Assembly (NCBI GenBank): GCA_964016885.1
Contig: OZ024745.1
Span: 2,976,001 to 3,040,000 of the forward strand
Origin: Eledone cirrhosa
Lineage: Eukaryota
Length of the DNA: 64,000 bases
Direction: 5' to 3'
The position numbers and the translations under genes are program-made. Shown here one piece after another: positions 1 through 12,596 of this stretch (within the stretch, counting starts at the first letter, position 1; every line of letters starts with the position of its first letter). Below the pieces are notes generated by a model that was given only the letters and a program-made list of their open reading frames with translations, was not told the origin of the DNA and did no database searches.

Positions 1-1034
1 GGTCAACAGAGTTGATTCTGGTGAGACTGCAGACTTGTTATTGAACTGGTCAACAAAGGTGATTCTGGTGAGACTGTAGACTTGTTATTTAACTCGTCAA
101 CAAAGGTGATTCTGGTGAGACTGCAGACTTGTTATTGAACTGGTCAGTAGAGGGGATTCTGGTGAGACTGAGGACTTGTTATTGAACTGGTCAACAGAGG
201 TGATTCTGGTGAGATTGTAGACATGTTATTGAACTGGTCAACAGAGGTGATTCTGGTCAGACTGCAGACTTGTTATTTAACTGGTCAACAGAGGTGATTC
301 TGGTGAGTCTGCAGACTTGTTATTGAACTGGTCAGTAGAGGTGATTCTGGTGAGACTGAGGACTTGTTATTGAACTGGTCAACAGAGGTGATTCTGGTGA
401 GACTGTAGACTTGTTATTGAACTGGTCAACAGAGGTGATTCTGGTGAGACTGCAGACTTGTTATTGAACTGGTCAACAGAGGTGATTTTGGTGAGACTGC
501 AGACTTGTTATTGAACTGGTCAACAGAGGTGATTCTGGTGAGACTGTAGACTTGTTATTGAACTGGTCAACAGAGGTGATTCTGGTGAGACTGCAGACTT
601 GTTATTGAACAGGTCAACAGAGGTGATTCTGGTGAGATTGCAGACTGGTTATTGAACTGGTCAGTAGAGGTGATTCTAGTGAGACTGCAGACTTGTTATT
701 GAACAGGTCAACAGAGGTGATTCTTGTGAGACTGTAGACTTGTTATTGAACTGGTCAACAGAGGTGATTCTGGTGAGACTGCAGACTTGTTATTGAACTG
801 GTCAACACAGCTTATCCTGGTGAGACTGCAGACTTGTTATTGAACTGGTCAACAGAGGTGATTCTTGTGAGACTGCAGACTTGTTATTGAACTGGTCAAC
901 AGAGGTGATTCTGGTGAGACTGCAGACTTGTTATTGAACTGGTCAACAGATGTACTTCTGGTGAGACTGCAGACTTGTTATTGAACTGGTCAACAGAGGT
1001 GATTCTGGTGAAAGTGCAGACTTGTTATTGAACT
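1..1034. repeat. 22-monomer block collinear with 30410-31443 (offset 30409 bp = 647 monomers)
   Basis: Shared ordered rare variants: AGAGTTGATT (monomer at 1 / 30410), two successive AACAAAG monomers, CAGTAGAGGGGATT..GAGGAC, and GTGAAAGTGCAG at 1011 / 31420. Each copy also carries private changes. Confidence 0.85.
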
Positions 1035-3619
1035 TGTCAGTAGAGGTGATTCTGGTGAGACTGCAGACTTGTTATTGAACTGGTCAACAGAGGTGATTCA
1101 TGTGAGACTGTAGACTTGTTATTGAACTGGTCAACAGAGGTGATTCTGGTGAGACTGCAGACTTGTTATTGAACTGGTCAAGAGAGGTGATTCTGGTGAG
1201 ACTGTAGACTTGTTATTGAACTGGTCAACAGAGGTGATTCTGGTGAGACTGAAGACTTGTTATTGAACTGGTCAACAGAGGTGATTCTGGTGAGACTGTA
1301 GACATGTTATATAACTGGTCAACAAAGGTGATTCTGGTAAGACTGCAGACTTGTTATTGAACTGGTCAGTAGAGGTGATTCTGGTGAGACTGAGGACTTG
1401 TTATTGAACTGGTCAACAGAGGTGATTCTGGTGAGACTGTAGACTTGTTATTGAACTGGTCAACAGAGGTGATTCTGGTCAGACTGCAGACTTGTTATTT
1501 AACTGGTCAACAGAGGTGATTCTGGTGAGACTGCAGACTTGTTATTGAACTGGTCAGTAGAGGTGGTTCTGGTGAGACTGTAGACTTGCTATTGAACTGG
1601 TCAACAGAGGTGATTCTGGTGAGACTGCAGACTTGTTATTGAACTGGTCAACAGAGGTGATTCTGGTGAGACTGTAGACTTGTTATTGAACTGGTCAACA
1701 GGGGTGATTCTGGTGAGACTGCAGACTTGTTATTGAACTGGTCAACAGAGGTGATTCTGGTGAGATTGCAGACTGGTTATTGAACAAGTCAGTAGAGGTG
1801 ATTCTAGTGTGACTGCAGACTTGTTATTGAACTGGTCAACAGAGGTGATTCTGGTGAGACTGTAGACTTGTTATTGAACTGGTCAACAGAGGTGATTCTG
1901 GTGAGACTGCAGACTTGTTATTGAACTGGTCAACACAGATGATCCTGGTGAGACTGCAGACTTGTTATTAAACTGGTCAACAGAGGTGATTCTGGTGAGA
2001 CTGCAGACTTGTTATTGAACTGGTCAACAGAGGTGATTCTGGTGAGACTGCAGACTTGTTATTGAACTGGTCAACAGAGGTGATTCTGGTGAGACTGTAG
2101 ACTTGTTATTGAACTGGTCAACAGAGGTGATTCTGTTGAGACTGTAGACTTGTTATTGAACTGGTCAACAGAGGTGATTCTGGTGAGACTGAAGACTTGT
2201 TATTGAACTGGTCAACAGAGGTGATTCTGGTGAGACTGAAGACTTGTTATTGAACTGGTCAACAGAGGTGATTCTGGTGAGACTGTAGACATGTTATTGA
2301 ACTGGTCAACAGAGGTGATTCTGGTCAGACTGCAGACTTGTTATTTAACTGGTCAACAGAGGTGATTCTGGTGAGACTGCAGACTTGTTATTGAACTGGT
2401 CAGTAGAGGTGATTCTGGTGAGACTGAGGACTTGTTATTGAACTGGTCAACAGAGGTGATTCTGGTGAGACTGTAGACTTGTTATTGAACTGGTCAACAG
2501 AGGTGATTCTGTTGAGACTGCAGACTTGTTATTGAACTGGTCAACAGAGGTGATTCTGGTGAGACTGCAGACTTGTTATTGAACTGGTCAACAGAGGTGA
2601 TTCTGGTGAGACTGTAGACTTGTTATTGAACTGGTCAACAGAGGTGATTCTGGTGAGACTGCAGACTTGTTATTGAACTGGTCAACAGAGGTGATTCTGG
2701 TGAGATTGCAGACTGGTTATTGAACTGGTCAGTAGAGGTGATTCTAGTGAGACTGCAGACTTGTTATTGAACAGGTCAACAGAGGTGATTCTGGTGAGAT
2801 TGTAGACTTGTTATTGAACTGGTCAACAGAGGTGATTCTGGTGAGACTGCAGACTTGTTATTGAACTGGTCAACACAGCTGATCCTGGTGAGACTGCAGA
2901 CTTGTTATTGAACTGGTCAACAGAGGTGATTCTTGTGAGACTGCAGACTTGTTATTGAACTGGTCAACAGAGGTGATTCTGGTGAGAGTGCAGACTTGTT
3001 ATTGAACTTGTCAGTAGAGGTGATTCTGGTGAGACTGCAGACTTGTTATTGAACTGGTCAACAGAGGTGATTCATGTGAGACTGTAGACTTGTTATTGAA
3101 CTGGTCAACAGAGGTGATTCTGGTGAGACTGTAGACTTGTTATTGAACTGGTCAACAGAGGTGATTCTGGTGAGACTGTAGTCTTGTTATTGAACTGGTC
3201 AACAGAGGTGATTCTGGTGAGACTGTAGACTTGTTATTGAACTGGTCAACAGAGGTGATTCTGGTGAGACTGAAGACTTGTTATTGAACTGGTCAACAGA
3301 GGTGATTCTGGTGAGACTGTAGACATGTTATTTAACTGGTCAACAAAGGTGATTCTGGTAAGACTGCAGACTTGTTATTGAACTGGTCAGTAGAGGTGAT
3401 TCTGGTGAGACTGAGGACTTGTTATTGAACTGGTCAACAGAGGTGATTCTGGTGAGACTGTAGACTTGTTATTGAACTGGTCAACAGAGGTGATTCTGGT
3501 CAGACTGCAGACTTGTTATTTAACTGGTCAACAGAGGTGATTCTGGTGAGACTGCAGACTTGTTATTGAACTGGTCAGTAGAGGTGATTCTGGTGAGACT
3601 GAGGACTTGTTATTGAACT
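894..3619. repeat. ~58-monomer block duplicated at 6534-9259 (offset 5640 bp = 120 monomers)
   Basis: Printed lines 901-3541 are nearly identical to lines 6541-9181. The rare TTATATAACT variant is at 1311 and 6951. Only a few differences seen (e.g. 1151 vs 6791, 2326 vs 7966). Confidence 0.92.
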
Positions 3620-6600
3620 GGTCAACAGAGGTCATTCTGGTGAGACTGCAGACGTGTTATTGAACTGGTCAACAGAGGTGATTCTGGTGAGACTGCAGAC
3701 TTGTTATTGAACTGTTCAACAGAGGTGATTCTGGTGAGACTGTAGACTTGTTATTGAACTGGTCAACAGAGGTGATTCTGGTGAGACTGAAGACTTGTTA
3801 TTGAACTGGTCAGTAGAGGTGGTTCTGGTGAGACTGTAGACTTGCTATTGAACTGGTCAACAGAGGTGATTCTGGTGAGACTGCAGACTTGTTATTGAAC
3901 TGGTCAACAGAGGTGATTCTGGTGAGACTGTAGACTTGTTATTGAACTGGTCAACAGAGGTGATTCTGGTGAGACTGCAGACTTGATATTGAACTGGTCA
4001 ACAGAGGTGATTCTGGTGAGATTGCAGACTGGTTATTGAACTGGTCAGTAGAGGTGATTCTAGTGAGACTGCAGACTTGTTATTGAACAGGTCAACAGAG
4101 GTGATTCTGGTGAGATTGTAGACTTGTTATTGAACTGGTCAACAGAGGTGATTCTGGTGAGACTGCAGACTTGTTATTGAACTGGTCAACAGAGGTGATT
4201 CTGGTGAGACTGCAGACTTGTTATTGAACTGGTCAACAGATGTACTTCTGGTGAGACTGCAGACTTGTTATTGAACTGGTCAACAGAGGTGATTCTGGTG
4301 AAAGTGCAGACTTGTTATTGAACTTGTCAGTAGAGGTGATTCTGGTGAGACTGCAGACTTGTTATTGAACTGGTCAACAGAGGTGATTCATGTGAGACTG
4401 TAGACTTGTTATTGAACTGGTCAACAGAGGTGATTCTGGTGAGACTGCAGACTTGTTATTGAACTGGTCAAGAGAGGTGATTCTGGTGAGACTGTAGACT
4501 TGTTATTGAACTGGTCAACAGAGGTGATTCTGGTGAGACTGAAGACTTGTTATTGAACTGGTCAACAGAGGTGATTCTGGTGAGACTGAAGACTTGTTAT
4601 TGAACTGGTCAACAGAGGTGATTCTGGTGAGACTGTAGACATGTTATTGAACTGGTCAACAGAGGTGATTCTGGTGAGACTGCAGACTTGTTATTGAACT
4701 GGTCAGTAGAGGTGATTCTGGTGAGACTGAGGACTTGTTATTGAACTGGTCAACAGAGGTGATTCTGGTGAGACTGTAGACTTGTTATTGAACTGGTCAA
4801 CAGAGGTGATTCTGTTGAGACTGCAGACTTGTTATTGAACTGGTCAACAGAGGTGATTCTGGTGAGACTGCAGACTTGTTATTGAACTGGTCAACAGAGG
4901 TGATTCTGGTGAGACTGTAGACTTGTTATTGAACTGGTCAACAGAGGTGATTCTGGTGAGACTGCAGACTTGTTATTGAACTGGTCAACAGAGGTGATTC
5001 TGGTGAGATTGCAGACTGGTTATTGAACTGGTCAGTAGAGGTGATTCTAGTGAGACTGCAGACTTGTTATTGAACAGGTCAACAGAGGTGATTCTGGTGA
5101 GATTGTAGACTTGTTATTGAACTGGTCAACAGAGGTGATTCTGGTGAGACTGCAGACTTGTTATTGAACTGGTCAACACAGCTGATCCTGGTGAGACTGC
5201 AGACTTGTTATTGAACTGGTCAACAGAGGTGATTCTTGTGAGACTGCAGACTTGTTATTGAACTGGTCAACAGAGGTGATTCTGGTGAGAGTGCAGACTT
5301 GTTATTGAACTTGTCAGTAGAGGTGATTCTGGTGAGACTGCAGACTTGTTATTGAACTGGTCAACAGAGGTGATTCATGTGAGACTGTAGACTTGTTATT
5401 GAACTGGTCAACAGAGGTGATTCTGGTGAGACTGTAGACTTGTTATTGAACTGGTCAACAGAGGTGATTCTGGTGAGACTGTAGTCTTGTTATTGAACTG
5501 GTCAACAGAGGTGATTCTGGTGAGACTGTAGACTTGTTATTGAACTGGTCAACAGAGGTGATTCTGGTGAGACTGAAGACTTGTTATTGAACTGGTCAAC
5601 AGAGGTGATTCTGGTGAGACTGTAGACATGTTATTTAACTGGTCAACAAAGGTGATTCTGGTAAGACTGCAGACTTGTTATTGAACTGGTCAGTAGAGGT
5701 GATTCTGGTGAGACTGAGGACTTGTTATTGAACTGGTCAACAGAGGTGATTCTGGTGAGACTGTAGACTTGTTATTGAACTGGTCAACAGAGGTGATTCT
5801 GGTCAGACTGCAGACTTGTTATTTAACTGGTCAACAGAGGTGATTCTGGTGAGACTGCAGACTTGTTATTGAACTGGTCAGTAGAGGTGATTCTGGTGAG
5901 ACTGAGGACTTGTTATTGAACTGGTCAACAGAGGTGATTCTGGTGAGACTGTAGACTTGTTATTGAACTGGTCAACAGAGGTCATTCTGGTGAGACTGCA
6001 GACGTGTTATTGAACTGGTCAACAGAGGTGATTCTGGTGAGACTGCAGACTTGTTATTGAACTGTTCAACAGAGGTGATTCTGGTGAGACTGTAGACTTG
6101 TTATTGAACTGGTCAACAGAGGTGATTCTGGTGAGACTGAAGACTTGTTATTGAACTGGTCAGTAGAGGTGGTTCTGGTGAGACTGTAGACTTGCTATTG
6201 AACTGGTCAACAGAGGTGATTCTGGTGAGACTGCAGACTTGTTATTGAACTGGTCAACAGAGGTGATTCTGGTGAGACTGTAGACTTGTTATTGAACTGG
6301 TCAACAGAGGTGATTCTGGTGAGACTGCAGACTTGATATTGAACTGGTCAACAGAGGTGATTCTGGTGAGATTGCAGACTGGTTATTGAACTGGTCAGTA
6401 GAGGTGATTCTAGTGAGACTGCAGACTTGTTATTGAACAGGTCAACAGAGGTGATTCTGGTGAGATTGTAGACTTGTTATTGAACTGGTCAACAGAGGTG
6501 ATTCTGGTGAGACTGCAGACTTGTTATTGAACTGGTCAACAGAGGTGATTCTGGTGAGACTGCAGACTTGTTATTGAACTGGTCAACAGATGTACTTCTG

Positions 6601-8319
6601 GTGAGACTGCAGACTTGTTATTGAACTGGTCAACAGAGGTGATTCTGGTGAAAGTGCAGACTTGTTATTGAACTTGTCAGTAGAGGTGATTCTGGTGAGA
6701 CTGCAGACTTGTTATTGAACTGGTCAACAGAGGTGATTCATGTGAGACTGTAGACTTGTTATTGAACTGGTCAACAGAGGTGATTCTGGTCAGACTGCAG
6801 ACTATTTATTGAACTGGTCAAGAGAGGTGATTCTGGTGAGACTGTAGACTTGTTATTGAACTGGTCAACAGAGGTGATTCTGGTGAGACTGAAGACTTGT
6901 TATTGAACTGGTCAACAGAGGTGATTCTGGTGAGACTGTAGACATGTTATATAACTGGTCAACAAAGGTGATTCTGGTAAGACTGCAGACTTGTTATTGA
7001 ACTGGTCAGTAGAGGTGATTCTGGTGAGACTGAGGACTTGTTATTGAACTGGTCAACAGAGGTGATTCTGGTGAGACTGTAGACTTGTTATTGAACTGGT
7101 CAACAGAGGTGATTCTGGTCAGACTGCAGACTTGTTATTTAACTGGTCAACAGAGGTGATTCTGGTGAGACTGCAGACTTGTTATTGAACTGGTCAGTAG
7201 AGGTGGTTCTGGTGAGACTGTAGACTTGCTATTGAACTGGTCAACAGAGGTGATTCTGGTGAGACTGCAGACTTGTTATTGAACTGGTCAACAGAGGTGA
7301 TTCTGGTGAGACTGTAGACTTGTTATTGAACTGGTCAACAGGGGTGATTCTGGTGAGACTGCAGACTTGTTATTGAACTGGTCAACAGAGGTGATTCTGG
7401 TGAGATTGCAGACTGGTTATTGAACAAGTCAGTAGAGGTGATTCTAGTGTGACTGCAGACTTGTTATTGAACTGGTCAACAGAGGTGATTCTGGTGAGAC
7501 TGTAGACTTGTTATTGAACTGGTCAACAGAGGTGATTCTGGTGAGACTGCAGACTTGTTATTGAACTGGTCAACACAGATGATCCTGGTGAGACTGCAGA
7601 CTTGTTATTAAACTGGTCAACAGAGGTGATTCTGGTGAGACTGCAGACTTGTTATTGAACTGGTCAACAGAGGTGATTCTGGTGAGACTGCAGACTTGTT
7701 ATTGAACTGGTCAACAGAGGTGATTCTGGTGAGACTGTAGACTTGTTATTGAACTGGTCAACAGAGGTGATTCTGTTGAGACTGTAGACTTGTTATTGAA
7801 CTGGTCAACAGAGGTGATTCTGGTGAGACTGAAGACTTGTTATTGAACTGGTCAACAGAGGTGATTCTGGTGAGACTGAAGACTTGTTATTGAACTGGTC
7901 AACAGAGGTGATTCTGGTGAGACTGTAGACATGTTATTGAACTGGTCAACAGAGGTGATTCTGGTGAGACTGCAGACTTGTTATTTAACTGGTCAACAGA
8001 GGTGATTCTGGTGAGACTGCAGACTTGTTATTGAACTGGTCAGTAGAGGTGATTCTGGTGAGACTGAGGACTTGTTATTGAACTGGTCAACAGAGGTGAT
8101 TCTGGTGAGACTGTAGACTTGTTATTGAACTGGTCAACAGAGGTGATTCTGTTGAGACTGCAGACTTGTTATTGAACTGGTCAACAGAGGTGATTCTGGT
8201 GAGACTGCAGACTTGTTATTGAACTGGTCAACAGAGGTGATTCTGGTGAGACTGTAGACTTGTTATTGAACTGGTCAACAGAGGTGATTCTGGTGAGACT
8301 GCAGACTTGTTATTGAACT

Positions 8320-11300
8320 GGTCAACAGAGGTGATTCTGGTGAGATTGCAGACTGGTTATTGAACTGGTCAGTAGAGGTGATTCTAGTGAGACTGCAGAC
8401 TTGTTATTGAACAGGTCAACAGAGGTGATTCTGGTGAGATTGTAGACTTGTTATTGAACTGGTCAACAGAGGTGATTCTGGTGAGACTGCAGACTTGTTA
8501 TTGAACTGGTCAACACAGCTGATCCTGGTGAGACTGCAGACTTGTTATTGAACTGGTCAACAGAGGTGATTCTTGTGAGACTGCAGACTTGTTATTGAAC
8601 TGGTCAACAGAGGTGATTCTGGTGAGAGTGCAGACTTGTTATTGAACTTGTCAGTAGAGGTGATTCTGGTGAGACTGCAGACTTGTTATTGAACTGGTCA
8701 ACAGAGGTGATTCATGTGAGACTGTAGACTTGTTATTGAACTGGTCAACAGAGGTGATTCTGGTGAGACTGTAGACTTGTTATTGAACTGGTCAACAGAG
8801 GTGATTCTGGTGAGACTGTAGTCTTGTTATTGAACTGGTCAACAGAGGTGATTCTGGTGAGACTGTAGACTTGTTATTGAACTGGTCAACAGAGGTGATT
8901 CTGGTGAGACTGAAGACTTGTTATTGAACTGGTCAACAGAGGTGATTCTGGTGAGACTGTAGACATGTTATTTAACTGGTCAACAAAGGTGATTCTGGTA
9001 AGACTGCAGACTTGTTATTGAACTGGTCAGTAGAGGTGATTCTGGTGAGACTGAGGACTTGTTATTGAACTGGTCAACAGAGGTGATTCTGGTGAGACTG
9101 TAGACTTGTTATTGAACTGGTCAACAGAGGTGATTCTGGTCAGACTGCAGACTTGTTATTTAACTGGTCAACAGAGGTGATTCTGGTGAGACTGCAGACT
9201 TGTTATTGAACTGGTCAGTAGAGGTGATTCTGGTGAGACTGAGGACTTGTTATTGAACTGGTCAACAGAGGTGATTCTGGTGAGACTGTAGACTTGTTAT
9301 TGAACTGGTCAACAGAGGTCATTCTGGTGAGACTGCAGACGTGTTATTGAACTGGTCAACAGAGGTGATTCTGGTGAGACTGCAGACTTGTTATTGAACT
9401 GTTCAACAGAGGTGATTCTGGTGAGACTGTAGACTTGTTATTGAACTGGTCAACAGAGGTGATTCTGGTGAGACTGAAGACTTGTTATTGAACTGGTCAG
9501 TAGAGGTGGTTCTGGTGAGACTGTAGACTTGCTATTGAACTGGTCAACAGAGGTGATTCTGGTGAGACTGCAGACTTGTTATTGAACTGGTCAACAGAGG
9601 TGATTCTGGTGAGACTGTAGACTTGTTATTGAACTGGTCAACAGAGGTGATTCTGGTGAGACTGCAGACTTGATATTGAACTGGTCAACAGAGGTGATTC
9701 TGGTGAGATTGCAGACTGGTTATTGAACTGGTCAGTAGAGGTGATTCTAGTGAGACTGCAGACTTGTTATTGAACAGGTCAACAGAGGTGATTCTGGTGA
9801 GATTGTAGACTTGTTATTGAACTGGTCAACAGAGGTGATTCTGGTGAGACTGCAGACTTGTTATTGAACTGGTCAACACAGCTGATCCTGTAGAGACTGC
9901 AGACTTGTTATTGAACTGGTCAACAGAGGTGATTCTTGTGAGACTGCAGTCTTGTTATTGAACTGGTCAACAGAGGTTATTCTGGTGAGACTGCAGACAT
10001 GTTATTGAACTGGTCAACAGATGTACTTCTGGTGAGAGTGCAGACTTGTTATTGAACTGGTCAACAGAGGTGATTCTGGTGAGAGTGCAGACTTGTTATT
10101 GAACTTGTCAGTAGAGGTGATTCTGGTGAGACTGCAGACTTGTTATTGAACTGGTCAACAGAGGTGATTCTGGTGAGACTGTAGACTTGTTATTGAACTG
10201 GTCAACAGAGGTGATTCTCGTGAGACTGCAGACTTGTTATTGAACTGGTCAACAGAGGTGATTCTGGTGAGACTGCAGACTTGTTATTGAACTGGTCAAC
10301 AGAGGTGATTCATGTGAGACTGTAGACTTGTTATTGAACTGGTCAACAGAGGTGATTCTGGTGAGACTATAGACTTGTTATTGAACTGGTCAACAGAGGT
10401 GATTCTGGTGAGACTGTAGTCTTGTTATTGAACTGGTCAACAGAGGTGATTCTGGTGAGACTGTAGACTTGTTATTGAACTGGTCAACAGAGGTGATTCT
10501 GGTGAGACTGAAGACTTGTTATGGAACTGGTCAACAGAGGTGATTCTGGTGAGACTGTAGACTTGTTATTTAACTGGTCAACAAAGGTGATTCTGGTAAG
10601 ACTGCAGACTTGTTATTGAACTGGTCAGTAGAGGTGATTCTGGTGAGACTGAGGACTTGTTATTGAACTGGTCAACAGAGGTGATTCTGGTGAGACTGTA
10701 GACTTGTTATTGAACTGGTCAACAGAGGTGATTCTGGTCAGACTGCAGACTTGTTATTTAACTGGTCAACAGAGGTGATTCTGGTGGGACTGCAGACTTG
10801 TTATTGAACTGGTCAGTAGAGGTGATTCTGGTGAGACTGAGGACTTGTTATTGAACTGGTCAACAGAGGTGATTCTGGTGAGACTGTAGACTTCTTATTG
10901 AACTGGTCAACAGAGGTGATTCTGGTGAGATTGCAGGCTGGTTATTGAACTGGTCAGTAGAGGTGATTCTCGTGTGACTGCAGACTTGTTATTGAACTGG
11001 TCAACAGAGGTGATTCTGGTGAGACTGTAGACTTGTTATTGAACTGGTCAACAGAGGTGATTCTGGTGAGACTGCAGACTTGTTATTGAACTGGTCAACA
11101 CAGCTGATCCTGGTGAGACTGCAGACTTGTTATTGAACTGGTCAACAGAGGTGATTCTGGTGAGACTGCAGACTTGTTATTGAACTGGTCAACAGAGGTG
11201 ATTCTGGTGAGACTGCAGACTTGTTATTGAACTGGTCAACAGAGGTGATTCTGGTGAGACTGTAGACTTGTTATTGAACTGGTCAACAGAGGTGATTCTG

Positions 11301-12596
11301 TTGAGACTGTAGACTTGTTATTGAACTGGTCAACAGAGGTGATTCTGGTGAGACTGAAGACTTGTTATTGAACTGGTCAACAGAGGTGATTCTGGTGAGA
11401 CTGAAGACTTGTTATTGAACTGGTCAACAGAGGTGATTCTGGTGAGACTGTAGACATGTTATTGAACTGGTCAACAGAGGTGATTCTGGTCAGACTGCAG
11501 ACTTGTTATTTAACTGGTCAACAGAGGTGATTCTGGTGAGACTGCAGACTTGTTATTGAACTGGTCAGTAGAGGTGATTCTGGTGAGACTGAGGACTTGT
11601 TATTGAACTGGTCAACAGAGGTGATTCTGGTGAGACTGTAGACTTGTTATTGAACTGGTCAACAGAGGTGATTCTGTTGAGACTGCAGACTTGTTATTGA
11701 ACTGGTCAACAGAGGTGATTCTGGTGAGACTGCAGACTTGTTATTGAACTGGTCAACAGAGGTGATTCTGGTGAGACTGTAGACTTGTTATTGAACTGGT
11801 CAACGGAGGTGATTCTGGTGACACTGAAGACTTGTTATTGAACTGGTCAGTAGAGGTGGTTCTGGTGAGACTGTAGACTTGCTATTGAACTGGTCAACAG
11901 AGGTGATTCTGGTGAGACTGCAGACTTGTTATTGAACTGGTCAACAGAGGTGATTCTGGTGAGACTGTAGACTTGTTATTGAACTGGTCAACAGAGGTGA
12001 TTCTGGTGAGACTGCAGACTTGTTATTGAACTGGTCAACAGAGGTGATTCTGGTGAGATTGCAGACTGGTTATTGAACTGGTCAGTAGAGGTGATTCTAG
12101 TGAGACTGCAGACTTGTTATTGAACAGGTCAACAGAGGTGATTCTGGTGAGATTGTAGACTTGTTATTGAACTGGTCAACAGAGGTGATTCTGGTGAGAC
12201 TGCAGACTTGTTATTGAACTGGTCAACACAGCTGATCCTGGTGAGACTGCAGACTTGTTATTGAACTGGTCAACAGAGGTGATTCTTGTGAGACTGCAGA
12301 CTTGTTATTGAACTGGTCAACAGAGGTGATTCTGGTGAGAGTGCAGACTTGTTATTGAACTTGTCAGTAGAGGTGATTCTGGTGAGACTGCAGACTTGTT
12401 ATTGAACTGGTCAACAGAGGTGATTCATGTGAGACTGTAGACTTGTTATTGAACTGGTCAACAGAGGTGATTCTGGTGAGACTGTAGACTTGTTATTGAA
12501 CTGGTCAACAGAGATGATTCTGGTGAGACTGTAGTCTTGTTATTGAACTGGTCAACAGAGGTGATTCTGGTGAGACTGTAGACTTGTTATTGAACT
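8320..12596. repeat. ~91-monomer (4.3 kb) block duplicated at 13866-18142 (offset 5546 bp = 118 monomers)
   Basis: Markers at constant offset 5546: GTAAG 9000/14546, GTCATT 9320/14866, CCTGTAGAG 9891/15437, TTATGGAAC 10521/16067, AACGGAG 11805/17351, GTAGTC 12531/18077. Confidence 0.92.

Noticed and set aside
1-6. WRKY W-box (TTGACC on the minus strand) in most monomers
   Set aside because: A 6-bp match in a single 47-bp consensus is expected by chance given the number of known motifs, and the host is unknown.
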